DNA of 63,955 nt, filler included, from Collodictyon triciliatum (GCA_043381765.1; 58 parts of 58 records of this genome joined end to end with filler, not necessarily neighbours in it), one strand, 5' to 3'; counted from the first letter of the whole stretch, positions 36,908 to 49,944 are shown. The notes: generated by a model from the letters alone, not told the origin. Translations and numbers: made by a program.

Positions 36908-37623
36908 ATTATCCAATTATATCTCCAAGACCTAACCATTCTTCTGCTCTGAAACAGGACTGGAATTGTTACATTAATATCGGCCAAAAACAGCATCTCG
37001 AGCCTCAAGTTCTTTGGCATGAGAAAAGTATATACACAAATTTTGTATGACATCTGTTATATGTAATGTTTTCTATATCGCTATTATTTTATTTACAATA
37101 TGAATTTTTTTTAAAATGTGCAAAAATTAAGTCACATATTTATTTGTGGCGGTATTTCTCAATATTTTCAAGTTGGGGGATTATAACCCTGGTTCGTTTA
37201 TATAATTTCCAAAGTATTTGATACCAACTTCATCACCTAATTAAAACTAGCAAAATTACCTCGTGGTGTTGAAAATATTAGAAAACACATCGATGAAGTC
37301 GACAACCTCCCCTTACTAAGTAAATATTCATCGTGTTGAATTGCACATAATTCGATTTATTTATCTCGATGGCTTCATTGAAATAAACATAATAGCCTTT
37401 ATGTAATTTCTATATCGATTGGTATAGTTCAACTTTTCTCTGGATCGGTTCCTTCCACAACAAACAAGATGGTATTTTATCGCATTTTCTTTTGTCTATT
37501 TCGTTTCTTTATCCTACAGCAGANNNNNNNNNNNNNNNNNNNNNNNNNNNNNNNNNNNNNNNNNNNNTTAATTAATTAANNNNNNNNNNNNNNNNNNNNN
37601 NNNNNNNNNNNNNNNNNNNNNNN

Positions 37624-37881
37624 TCCAACCACGTGGAATTCATATGCCAAGACATATTCCAAGCTGACCTGTCCTACGCATCGGTCATTGTATTTTTTCT
37701 TCTACCAGAGGCGATAAAGCGTTTGATGTCTTCCTCAGCGATACAAGAGGCGTTTGAGCGTGGTGTCCGTTTCGTTAGTATTCGTTGGCCAATAGAATCT
37801 TGGATTCAACACCTTGATAATGGAGTTACAGAGGAGGAATACCGTTCGAAACAATTCTTCATATACAGAAGAAATAAATAG
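37624..37881 (+). CDS. Class I SAM-dependent methyltransferase C-terminus (FAM173/DOT1-like)
   Basis: VEFICQDIFQADLSYASVIVFFLLPE...GVRFVSIRWPI. Confidence 0.75.
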   Translation, partial: SNHVEFICQDIFQADLSYASVIVFFLLPEAIKRLMSSSAIQEAFERGVRFVSIRWPIESWIQHLDNGVTEEEYRSKQFFIYRRNK

Positions 37882-38929
37882 AAGGAAAAAAATGAATGGG
37901 ATGCACGAGAAAAAAAAGATGTTCGAAAAGTAAAAGTAAAAAAATTAATATACGGTACATTTATCACCATAACTTTTCCAACAAACACAATCCAAGAAGC
38001 GTTTTTGGCGTTTTTGTATATAAATTTTATCGAAAACGCGTTTTTTGAAATCTGGCTCGTCGATTGCCGATGTGCGTATAACATGGCTTCTTAGTGGCTG
38101 CGCTTTTGCTGGCACTCACGAATTCTCTCAGTGTTCGTTTCACCCGTTATCCTCAACCGAGACACAGGTACGACTCCTCCTACAGACACATCTGCCCCGC
38201 CAATGCACAGTCAGACGACTTTCCTAACAAAAAAAAAAAAAAAATGACTGAAAATTATTTACTTAATGATTACTACTTTCCCTTGAATTCCAATTTAATT
38301 TCTATACCATTCTATCGGTGTCGCGCCCATCGCTGAAAGAAGCGACAAACACCACTCATTTACCTGAATCCTGTCTTCTCCATTGTAAATATTCAAAGAA
38401 CAATTCCTAACCAATGGTCTATTTCACACCAACCACACTATCTCATGGTCGCCAATCATGCACTGTCCATCGATCCGCCAATTCACGCTAGGTTAAAACA
38501 TGGTAAGCCCTCCGATCACCTCACTCTTCCCATGACCCAAAGCAATGTTAGCAACTGTCTCTAATTCCGAGTGATCATCCCAGGCCAAGAAGGAAGAAAC
38601 CTCCAAGAAGGACTCCGCCAAGAAGGNNNNNNNNNNNNNNNNNNNNNNNNNNNNNNNNNNNNNNNNNNNNTTAATTAATTAANNNNNNNNNNNNNNNNNN
38701 NNNNNNNNNNNNNNNNNNNNNNNNNNTTTCTTTTTCTTTTTCTTTTTCTTTTTCTTTTTCTTTTTCTTTTTCTTTTTCTTTTTCTTTTTCTTTTTCTTTT
38801 TCTTTTTCTTTTTCTTTTCTTTTTTCTATTTGTGATTTAAACTGCTAGAAGCGTCAAATTATTGACCGAGAACTTCTATGCAAGTGATGTTCGCAGTATT
38901 AGATATTTTGTTCCTATATGTCATTTACT

Positions 38930-39620
38930 TTGATAGTGAATCGAAGGCCGCCCAGAAATTTGTCTTCCATAAATCACCGTCGGTATCGTCGCCGGATTGC
39001 TAGACAGTCATACAATCGATATAATGATTTGGTTATAATATCCCATTTTGCATTACTTTAAAAATAAATTATTATTATTATAATAAGGCGTCGATTGACA
39101 CAGAGAAATTTAGTTCGTTGTGGTATTTAAAGGAAAATGAAACAAAAGCATACAATAGCGATGACATTACCTTTGTAGATTGAGTTTCACACTCAAGTAA
39201 GGCAGATATGGCATATGTGACATCAGAGGCACACAATTTCACCTTGAAGCCAATATTCTATACACGTATATCTTAATACAAATAACAAAAGGAGGATGTT
39301 TGTATTTTGACATTTTTCGAGTACACAATGTATATAAAATGAACAGAACAAACCATGAGGAATGTTCCAAAGAGGATATCATTGAGACCAAATTTTGGTG
39401 CATACACTTTAAATTTCTCAAAAAGTCTTGATTGTACGTCAGTTTTCATGCAGGTGTACTTTTGCTGGCATTGATTCAGAGGAATACCCATGGCAGCCAA
39501 GAAAGTTTGTAATTTTAAGCGACCTTGCTCTTTCCATATACCGAAGCGAGATGCGACATAGGTAGAATGATACAAGCTTTCGTATAAACTCCAGTGTCGA
39601 TAGAGCATTAGTCTGTAGCT
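38930..39620 (-). CDS. CDC45: Replication factor Cdc45, spliced fragment
   Basis: RLMLYRHWSLYESLYHSTYVASRFGIWKEQGRLKLQTFLAAMGIPL, ASDVTYAISALLE, NFWAAFDSLS. Confidence 0.93.
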
Positions 39621-39635
39621 ATATTGAATATATTA

Positions 39636-39729
<94 letters not shown>

Positions 39730-39829
39730 NNNNNNNNNNNNNNNNNNNNNNNNNNNNNNNNNNNNNNNNNNNNTTAATTAATTAANNNNNNNNNNNNNNN
39801 NNNNNNNNNNNNNNNNNNNNNNNNNNNNN

Positions 39830-40199
39830 ATGTTTACAGCTTTGGTATCATCTGTTGGGAAATCATGTCTAGAAAAGACCCTTTTTATGAGATTGAAAAT
39901 GCCTTGGCTGTTACGACCCAGGTTGTTATGAATCAACTTCGACCTTCTATGCCTACTGGCATTTCAGACGACGTTAGAAATCTCATAGAAGAGTGTTGGT
40001 CACAAGACCCAAAATTAAGGCCTTCGTTCCAGGATACTTCAAAAAGAATTAGTGTAATGAAGATATCTTTACTTTATAATGTGGTCTTCCCTATTATTTA
40101 ACTGTATCTATGCAGAATCTGGTCGGTCTTTCCAGACAATCTTTGGCCTCATCTTTGGACGTAAATGGAATGATTCTAATTGGGCTTTTTTTTAAATGA
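39830..40199 (+). CDS. TKL-group protein kinase, C-terminal fragment
   Basis: VYSFGIICWEIMSRKDPF...LRP...LIEECWSQDPKLRPSF covers kinase subdomains IX-XI. Confidence 0.88.
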
Positions 40200-40275
40200 T
40201 TTAATTTTGAAAAATAAATTGCTTGACTTCACAAAAAAAAAATTTATTTAAAAAAAATATACCATCAGAATTTTA

Positions 40276-40832
40276 TGGAAGAAAATGACGAAGTTCTTCC
40301 TGATGGATGTCTTTGCATTGTTTGCACACGAATATTTGGCTCGGAGACCCTCTGGGATGATGTGTCTGAATACATGGGTGATGCTGTGCTTCTCCATAAT
40401 AAAATCATTAAAATGGTAGTTCTAATTAGTTAAAATTTAACACCATATTCTTAAAGATTTGTTATGTTTAATTCAACAAATCGAATAAAGGAAAAAATGT
40501 TTAATTCAACAAAAAAAATATTGTTTTCGCTTACACAATAAAATTATATAAAGATAAGCAAAAAATATCGTGGATATATAAATCAAAATGACGGAGAAAA
40601 CTTTGTAGTTTTGTTTGCAGAATCGATTCAAGCAATTCGGTAATATTATATTTGGACGGTTGAAATTTACACATCAACATTGAGAAGACTTTATAAAAGA
40701 TATGATTGAGTAGATAAAAAAATATTAGGTTTTGTTATGAAGTCCAGTGCATGCTTAATGAAGCAGAATGGCCACCTGAAATAACAAGCCATGAATACGG
40801 CAAAGCAGTTGCTGAGGGTGACATGAGAGGGC
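40276..40832 (+). CDS. Degenerate class III cyclase-like protein, spliced 5' part
   Basis: LCIVCTRIFGSETLWDDVSEYMGDAVLLHNKII / KYRGYINQNDGENFVVLF / EVQCMLNEAEWPPEI follows the fungal/trypanosomal/amoebal cyclase pattern (FTDI.SST.LW...M..A...HN..IR...GYEVKT.GD.F...LQ..L....WP). Confidence 0.7.
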
Positions 40833-41825
40833 NNNNNNNNNNNNNNNNNNNNNNNNNNNNNNNNNNNNNNNNNNNNTTAATTAATTAANNNNNNNNNNNN
40901 NNNNNNNNNNNNNNNNNNNNNNNNNNNNNNNNTTTTTTTGTTTTTTTGTTTTTTTGTTTTTTGTTTTTTGTTTTTTTGTTTTTTCGTTTTTTCGTTTTTT
41001 CGTTTTTTCGTTTTTTCGTTTTTTCGTTTTTTCGTTTTTTCGTTTTTTCGTTTTTTCGTTTTTTCGTTTTTTCGTTTTTTCGTTTTTTCGTTTTTTCGTT
41101 TTTTCGTTTTTTTCGGCTATCGGTTATCGGTTATCGGTTTTCAATAAATAAATTTATCAGATATGGCATAGGATATTCCAGAGGAAATTAGTACGTTGCA
41201 GAAAGGGACATATGACCTAAGGAGAGGGAGAATAGTGCGAGGCGAAGGAATCTCCGATGAATAAAGTCATCTAAAAGTTAATAATGGTGTTTAGGACAAA
41301 GTTGTATAAAAAATTGTACATAGGAAATTTGGCTTTGTTGATATTATCCTATTGTACATAAGCAACACCAGTACCTGGAACTGTTATAAAAAATCATTTT
41401 TTCGTCAGTGTATTACCAGCGATACTGAATGTATATTCGATGGAGTGCAAAAGCTTGTCGCGATTGTACAAATTCCAGTGGAGCGATTTCATGCAGGTAA
41501 CAAAAACAGAAAACACTTGTATGTTTTGCTCGAACGTAACCATATCTTTCCTTTCATTTCCCTTTGATCAATGGATATTAGTCGCATTCGAAAAAAAAAA
41601 AAGGTGATTGGCTTACGAGGTTTCAGGAATGAGAAAAAAAATACATCTGCGTTACACTGAATCAATCTCTCTATCAAGTATCTTGTTTGCAGGAAGAAGT
41701 ATGGAGAAGGATGTGATATGCATATTCTCCAGGGAATAAGGGATAAATCAATAATTTCTGGGTTGGTAGTTTTGGAATATGTTAGTATTTTCGAAAGTAG
41801 GATCGAATCAATAATAATAATAATC

Positions 41826-41907
<82 letters not shown>

Positions 41908-43377
41908 GAAAACAGTGAAGTCCTTACTAGATACNNNNNNNNNNNNNNNNNNNNNNNNNNNNNNNNNNNNNNNNNNNNTTAATTAATTAANNNNNNNNNN
42001 NNNNNNNNNNNNNNNNNNNNNNNNNNNNNNNNNNCCTATCAACTGCTGCGTGACCAGAAATTCAAAGCTGCCCTGGGTCAGTACGCCACTGTTTAGATTA
42101 CATACTTAGTTTCCTCATTTTAGTTTTAACTCGCCATTTCGTTTTAAAATATCACTGAACCCATCTTTCACTGCAACAGAAAAGGCGAAGAAAAATAATC
42201 CGAATTCTAATCCTGTAATTGTAAAATCAGTTTTATCACCCGAAATTATGCCATTTTTCGATACTTTCAGCATTTATAACTTGAAAAAAAAAAAAAGGAG
42301 GAATGGATTAAATTCCTTTTTTTCTTCTTCTTCATGATTTGAAAGATAACATCCACATTTACGCATATTATAGACATCGCCCATGTTTGTGGGTGACAAT
42401 GCGAATTCTGTCTTCTCTGCTCTCCATGTGAACTCTCAAATACGCCTTCTCCAACTCGAGAAACCAACTCTAAAGCCACCGTAAGCCGCTTTATTTATTA
42501 CCATTCGAAACATTTTTGACAAGGTATTCTATTTTGTGTAAAAAAATCATATCGACAAAAATGAAGTATGATTGCATTATAATTCACATATATTGGTATT
42601 TTACATAGGCGATGAAGTCATTATAGGTCCATCATTTAATGAGGTTGCTTTACTTTTCAATTTACGAATCATCAATAGGGCATCAGGAAAAATGGCATCT
42701 ACCATCATAATAAACGACCCAGCGAAGAAACGCGGCTGGTATAACGTAAGAATCTGAAACAAAATTGACAGAGCCAAACCCTGGATTTATGCTTTTATAA
42801 TGATTGCTCAAAACAAAAATACGATTGATTGCACATTATTCAAACAACATCAACTTCCTTATTAAAGAAGTCATACGAGTAACTTCCACCCACATATTTT
42901 GTAGACAAGTATCAATTCGATTAAACGACTCATTACACTAGGGCATTCGCTGCTACATCCACCCATCAGATATTATGCTCGAGATATACAGAGTTTTGAC
43001 GCTCTTTCATTGTGAATGGAAAACTGTGTCCCCTTTNNNNNNNNNNNNNNNNNNNNNNNNNNNNNNNNNNNNNNNNNNNNTTAATTAATTAANNNNNNNN
43101 NNNNNNNNNNNNNNNNNNNNNNNNNNNNNNNNNNNNGGGTCGCCGCATTCTATGCAGCTTGTTCGTCACGATTATACCATACACAAGTGATACAACACTT
43201 TATACGTCTATCTATATTCTCTTACAGGTAAAATGATTATCCACGGTGTTTAATGATATCTTGACTTAGTCACGATAAACCAAAACATATTGAAATATAC
43301 TAATGTTATATCTATTTCACCGATGAAAAGCAGCCTTTCAAAGCGAATATTTTAACTCACATGAAATTATTCATCAG

Positions 43378-43797
43378 GTTTCAGTGGTATTGCAACACTA
43401 CTTCAAGCCATTCAAGTCTCCCATCGAAAACACTTTTGAGACCCTAAGCTTATACTTCATTCTTATTTCCTTTCTGTGGGGTCTTTTGTTAAAGGTATTT
43501 GAAGCAGGAGAAATACCAATAATCTTGCTGGTATCGACGAATGCCCTCCTTATTTTTCTTCTTTTATGTACTATGGCTTACATTCCAATACAGAAAAGAA
43601 TTCGTTCCATATTTTGGCTCGATATGCTTTCTGAGCAAGATTTGACGAAGCCGATATTCTTGAAAACAATTAGCAAGGATTACTTGTATATAAGGTCTCA
43701 TAGTTCACACCACGAACCGAGTCTATCTGCACCAAGATCTCATCCAAACATGCACACAGAATTTCCAACTGAGCAAGAGGAAGAAGATATAAATTGA
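43378..43797 (+). CDS. Multi-pass membrane protein, last exon
   Basis: VLQHYFKPFKSPIENTFETLSLYFILISF plus further TM helices. Preceded by an exon at 43137-43227. Confidence 0.6.
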   Translation, partial: VSVVLQHYFKPFKSPIENTFETLSLYFILISFLWGLLLKVFEAGEIPIILLVSTNALLIFLLLCTMAYIPIQKRIRSIFWLDMLSEQDLTKPIFLKTISKDYLYIRSHSSHHEPSLSAPRSHPNMHTEFPTEQEEEDIN

Positions 43798-44105
43798 CAA
43801 GATTCCCCAAAACGCGTTATAAAATAAGTAAAAAAAAAAAATTCGTATGTTAATGACCAATCATATATATTTAAATGTAAGTGCAAATAAAACACAATAA
43901 TGCGAATACTCAAGAATAACCAAGAAAAAAGAAAAAGAAAAAAACAATAAAAGATAATTTCATCAATTTCTTTTGAAGGTAAAACTCTAACCGAAAACAT
44001 TGTTCAGAGATACTTTTTCTCTAGAGTGCTGATTGGATTCAAAATATAGTTAACGGAGTAGAGAAGTTCCCTTACGATAAAAATCGCAACTCGGGAAGAA
44101 AAAAG

Positions 44106-44138
<33 letters not shown>

Positions 44139-45782
44139 NNNNNNNNNNNNNNNNNNNNNNNNNNNNNNNNNNNNNNNNNNNNTTAATTAATTAANNNNNN
44201 NNNNNNNNNNNNNNNNNNNNNNNNNNNNNNNNNNNNNNCAATAAATCGCATGATGATAACTTGAAGGAGCGGAGAAGAGTTCAAACGAAATAAAATAAAA
44301 TAATGATTTTAGTTGAATTGGAGAGTCCCAAAGACGTGGACTGTTTTTTTTTCTCTTCATTTGATTCAAAGTTCAAAGACGTGGGCTTCAAAATAATTCT
44401 GATCGGTTTTGTGCTTTGGCAAAGACTCTTGTTTCAGCCCAAGAGAGTTTTCAATAATTAATTCCCATTCGGCAATATCCCACGATCTTCGACTAAACGA
44501 TACTGCCGCTCAGGTTTTATTATTACGTGCTATGGCCTCGTGTTTGAAGAAAAGGTTGAAACCAAATGATAGTCTTCCGTAATATGACATGCCACATGGG
44601 TAAACCAACTTATCAAAGCCAAAGAGAGAGAAAAAATAAACCGCGATCAACAAATGCATACACGCGCGACTGCACTCATATGTATTTGAGGAGTTCCTAT
44701 CGTTCTGTTTTCTGGATAGTATTCGGGCTCTAATATGTCAGATGCAAAGACTCATCTTTGCAACTTTGTCAATAAAATACATTCGATGCCAAACAATTAC
44801 ACACTCGTGCCGGACACAATGGAGTCGCCCAGATGATCATTGATCGCCGAACAAAGTGAAAAAAAAAAGAAACTCCAGTTATGGAATTCCAACGGTTTTG
44901 CAGGCTTGAGGCACGATAATGTTACAATTGATGTGTCACGCCACAAAGGCTTGTGTCACAATACTTCTGATTCGTTACTGACAGATGTGTTAAGTATATT
45001 TATGTATATATTGATTAAATAGACCAATATGATATTTCTAATCAAATATTAGATGAATGACTTTGTATACATTATAAATTCCATAAATACCAACCAACTT
45101 CGTTACGAAGCACGCCACACCGACGCGCCACAAACCATTTTTTTCTTCGCAAGCCATAACACAAACCAAGAAACATGAATCGCATATCGTGAAAACTGGA
45201 TCATATCGAGAGAACCCAGGAGCAGGCGAATCACAGAGTANNNNNNNNNNNNNNNNNNNNNNNNNNNNNNNNNNNNNNNNNNNNTTAATTAATTAANNNN
45301 NNNNNNNNNNNNNNNNNNNNNNNNNNNNNNNNNNNNNNNNGAGAATACAGACGGCGATAAGCACCGACGTGGTTTGAAAGCCCGGCAGTCCAAATACACA
45401 CACACACACACACAAAAAAAAAAAAGGAAGAATCTCTTTTATATTTTGGTGGTATATGGATTTGATGTGTCCAGCTCGGTGCTGTTCTGGCTCCTGGCAT
45501 TCCCTTTCTTCTCCGACCCCATTTCCTCGAGGCTGCTTCGACCCGAGTCTCTTTGCCATCAACCCGGCTGCTGATTCAAGAAGAGCCCGATGAAATCCAG
45601 AGGCGATCGAATCTGATCAAAAGACCACACTAATTCAAATTTTCTAAATATGGAATATAAATTTGCACAGTTTATTTATTTGTTCGTTTGTTGGTTGGTT
45701 GGTTGATCTGTTCTTTTTTTTTATTCTCCCTATCAATTTTAAGGTTGATCTATTCTTTTTACTATGCCGTGTGAATTACCGT

Positions 45783-46250
45783 GGTGATCGCAATGAGAGA
45801 GAGACAGACTCGAGAGGAACATAGAAAAATCACAATAATAATGGAAAAAGTCTTCTGCTGAGAAAAACTAAACACTGAGAGACAAAGGCATATTTTATGA
45901 TAAATAATAATATCACACTGGCATTCTTTCCTTCACTCCCGACCCACCATATTCTGAAGCCGTAAAAAAAAAACCAATAGCAAGGAAGCAAGCGATCAGA
46001 AAGAGCGATCCCAGGAAGGACGAGACTGCCTACCAGGAGACTGGCGCCACAGCCCTGCCAAATGAATGCCTACTGATCGTACGCAAAACGAGAAGGCTGA
46101 CAAAGCCCACCCAGAGAGCGAAAAGGCCACTTTACCTCGTCCCTTGCAACATAGGTTATGCACTGAAACACACCAACGACCAAGACGCCAGCTGCCATCG
46201 ACCCGTAAGTACAACAACCTACTAATAAGACGTAGTGAGCTCTTTGAAAC

Positions 46251-46342
<92 letters not shown>
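45783..46342 (+). repeat. Dispersed ~470-bp repeat abutting an (AAT)n tract, copy 1
   Basis: Collinear with the reverse complement of 56353-56860. Both copies meet the (AAT)n tract at the same point. Confidence 0.85.
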
Positions 46343-46442
46343 NNNNNNNNNNNNNNNNNNNNNNNNNNNNNNNNNNNNNNNNNNNNTTAATTAATTAANN
46401 NNNNNNNNNNNNNNNNNNNNNNNNNNNNNNNNNNNNNNNNNN

Positions 46443-47443
46443 TTCCTGGATTAAACCTGACCTTTTCTCTTTCTTTGCAGTCGTCCCTTTCGTATCTCTC
46501 TGTGTTTCTTCGCCATTCTTCGCGCTTTCTGCGGTTCCATTCAGCGTTCAGCCTTGATATGTCTTCTGTTTTGTTCGGCGGACTCCTGTGGTCGCCCCTG
46601 TGCGGGCCCTTATTTCCAACGAACGTGGCTATTTTTCCAGCATCTTCCTCTTTGAACTGTATGTCTCCCGTCTTCCAATCGATATGAGGGTTGGCATCTT
46701 CTAGCCAAGTTATTCCGAAAATCACATCATAATCTTCTAGATCAATTACCAGATAGTCTGCCTTGGTGCACATGCCTCTTATATTTATATGTAGCTGGCG
46801 TGCTATCTCGTGGCAAAATATATACCTCCCATCTGCTAGTCTTATTCTTATCCTCTTTTGTGGTTCTTCTAATTCCACCTTCAATCTTCGCACCAACTCT
46901 CGGGCAATGAAGTTTGCCGATGACCCTGAGTCAATCATAACCGTAACTTTGTCTCTCCTCAGCCTCCCACTGACCACGAGAAGTGGTCGCGTCCACATTT
47001 CCTTTTCCTTTGGGTCCTCCGTAACACTTATCTCCAAGCTATGATTCCCTATATGTCCTTGGTGGAGAGGAGTGCCTTGGTACGCCGCAGTAACCCGACC
47101 CACGGTTACTGCGGTTTCTCTTTTCCCGACATGGATGCTCTTGAGGCAGTCGGATTCGGGCAGCAGCGCGCGACGTGCCTTGGCTTTCCGCAGGAGTAGC
47201 AGCTATTATGTCTCTCACTTACACGATCGTAGGTATTTTGCCTCTTCTCTCCGTCTTCTGCTCCTCCTCGTGGCTTAGCCTGTCGGCTGTCGCTGTGGCT
47301 GGAGAATACCTCTTCGTAGTGGACAGCGTATGCCTGCGCCTCACGGACACTCTTCGGTTCTCGATAATCTACTTCCAGCTTAGCTCTTGTTCTCAGCCCG
47401 GATAGATACCTGTGGATCCTTTCGGCTTCAGTCATCTCCGTGA
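46443..47443 (-). mobile_element. Ty3/gypsy LTR-retrotransposon gag (CCHC knuckle) plus aspartic protease
   Basis: Gag CYSCGKPRHVARCC. Protease VMIDSGSSANFI...YDVIFGITWLEDANPHIDW lies in the -1 frame. Confidence 0.93.
47085..47127 (-). promoter_or_regulatory. -1 programmed ribosomal frameshift signal (G GGA AAA, 6-nt spacer, 11-bp hairpin)
   Basis: The minus strand reads tcG GGA AAA gagaaa CCGCAGTAACC gtgggtcg GGTTACTGCGG. The -1 frame is open from the heptamer into the protease. Confidence 0.88.
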
Positions 47444-47703
47444 NNNNNNNNNNNNNNNNNNNNNNNNNNNNNNNNNNNNNNNNNNNNTTAATTAATTAAN
47501 NNNNNNNNNNNNNNNNNNNNNNNNNNNNNNNNNNNNNNNNNNNAGAATACAAAATACGACAAGCAAGTTGTTTTTTTCCCTTTGATTTCGCTACGTTATC
47601 GAGCATTTGAAGAAAATTGCTGCTTATCGCTGCATTGTGAAGAGATTTTTTATATTTTGCCTTCTTTTTCTTCTTTAGCTTGATCATTAAAGGTAACACA
47701 TAC

Positions 47704-48132
47704 CTTAGCAAACAAGATTCCGCTGCTTATGGGGATATCACGCAGCTCTATGATGGCAATTTCAACATCATACGATACAGTGTCATTGCGTTGGAACGGA
47801 TTGAGCTTTCGAAGCATCATTCTGAAATAGAGAAAAAAATTAAATAAATTAGTGAGGTTTTCGCAAAAAGAAAAAAGAAGGAAAAGAAAAAGAAAAACAC
47901 TCCATGCTACGCAGAAACCAACATAAGTGGTATTTGTAGACTTGACTTGATGCGAAAAGAAAGTTTAGAAGAAGAATTCACCATCCTGCACAAAATTGAA
48001 AGGAAGAATAAAAAAAAAAAAAAAAAAAAAAGGAAAAAAAGAAGCTTCAAAGAATTGAAGAGATTAAAAGGATATAAAAAAAAAAGGCAAGTAGTTTGTA
48101 TATAATTTTTTTTATCAGTAACGCAAGATTCA

Positions 48133-48173
<41 letters not shown>

Positions 48174-48186
48174 TTAATAATAATTA

Positions 48187-48249
<63 letters not shown>

Positions 48250-48416
48250 ACTTGGCGGATTGAGATACGAATAACCATGCTATTGGGAGCAGGCTTTTGC
48301 TCTGTTTGGGGAATGTTGAGAGTAAACACAATTCGGTGGTTCCACCGCACGAGTTTATTGTCGATCTCCTCGCGACTTGTGTAGCCGTTGTCGTTGCCCC
48401 CTTTTACAATCTTCCA
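47704..48416 (-). CDS. NT-C2 domain (EEIG1/FAM102-like) exons in permuted order: exon A 47820-47704, exon B 48416-48252
   Basis: A: MMLRKLNPF...YDVEIAIIELRDIPISSGILFAK. B: WKIVKGG...TSREEIDNKLVRWNHRIVF...IRISIRQ. Joined A+B they match the EEIG1 NT-C2 pattern with a phase-0 junction. Confidence 0.8.
47980..48031 (+). mobile_element. Micro retro-insertion, same family as 36875
   Basis: ACCATCCTGCACAAAATTGAAAGGAAGAATAAA followed by a long poly-A. No clear TSD. Confidence 0.7.
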
Positions 48417-48645
48417 CTGTAGATAGAATACAAAATACGACAAGCAAGTTGTTTTTTTCCCTTTGATTTCGCTACGTTATCGAGCATTTGAAGAAAATTG
48501 CTGCTTATCGCTGCATTGTGAAGAGATTTTTTATATTTTGCCTTCNNNNNNNNNNNNNNNNNNNNNNNNNNNNNNNNNNNNNNNNNNNNTTAATTAATTA
48601 ANNNNNNNNNNNNNNNNNNNNNNNNNNNNNNNNNNNNNNNNNNNN

Positions 48646-49646
48646 TGGCCATCGAGAATTGCGGAGAGTCAAGTGTAATGGACCGCTTTGGTTCTTCAGA
48701 CGAAAGAAAAATGGCGACGGTGCTCCGTATGAGATGGGACGTCGTGAGCGCCATTCTCCTTTGTTATTCAGGACGGCTGTGGTTGGGGTTGCATTCGAGG
48801 AGTGAAATATCGTTGCATTTTTCGACGGTGCGAAGCTCCCATCCTTTTGGAAAGCGACTTGTTGGTGGATGAAGGAGCTGTTTCCTTCTCTCGACTTGAT
48901 GATACAGAAGCCTTTTGCTCTATCCCAGCAAAGTTGGCCTGTAAGAGCATGTAGTTGGGTAGACTCGTACATTTCACAGTTTGCATACAGAACCTTCCAC
49001 CGCACTAGTAGCGGCTCGGGCGTGTTTGGCGGAGGGGTTGGGATTTTATTCTCACAGAGTTGTGACTTGAAGTTCAGGCATATGCGGTGGATGAGATGCC
49101 ACATTCAACGCTGCCAGAATCCTTTCGGATGGGTAAGCATATCTGTCCACCATCTCATCGTGAGCGATGTCCATGCAATGCCAGGCGTTATGAGTCCCAG
49201 CCCTTCCTCTGTAGGTGGCTCAGAGTGTCATGATTATATATTTTTGATTACTCGTAGTGATGAAGTTGCGGCAGATGTCTTCCAGCTCCTTCAGCCTCTG
49301 GAGGTTCAGCAAAGTGCCTTTCATGTTGTAGATAAGGGTCGACAACATCACTTGGTTCCACAGCCTTACTTTCCCCACGTCCGAGAAATGAAAGTTGCTC
49401 CACACTGATATTTTCGACCTTATGTCCTTCAACCAGGCTTGTCCATTTGGTATCCGATTGTGGACCGAAGATGATGCCAAGATACTTGAGTGGATGTGAC
49501 GGTGACTTCCACGCGATGTTTCCTGGAAACATAAGTCCACCCTGAAACCCAAAAAGAATTCCATCTGTCTTGTCGTAGTTGATTTTCCCGCCGACAGCTC
49601 GTGTGTATTCTTGCATGCATTTGTTGGCGAGTGTGGCGCCTTCGGG
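48646..49646 (-). mobile_element. LINE ORF2 RT C-terminal/thumb region (L1/Tx1-like), degenerate
   Basis: GGKINYDKT...LKYLGIIF, SDVGKVRLWNQVMLSTLIY, PPTEEGLGL. Contains frameshifts and a stop. Confidence 0.88.
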
Positions 49647-49944
49647 NNNNNNNNNNNNNNNNNNNNNNNNNNNNNNNNNNNNNNNNNNNNTTAATTAATT
49701 AANNNNNNNNNNNNNNNNNNNNNNNNNNNNNNNNNNNNNNNNNNNNGAATAAAATGAATAAAATGAATAAAATGAATAAAATGAATAAAATGAATAAAAT
49801 GAATAAAATGAATAAAATGAATAAAATGAATAAAATGAATAAAATAAGTAGATACAAAAATGTTCCATTCAGTGTAAAATGTAGCAAAATTGTATCATAT
49901 CATACAAAGCGTGATGTGGTGATGAGAGACAAAATAAATACATA

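Noticed and set aside
38490-38626. ATG-intron-AKKEETSKKDSAKK as a ribosomal protein or histone start
   Set aside because: It is a plausible gene start but too short and low-complexity to assign.
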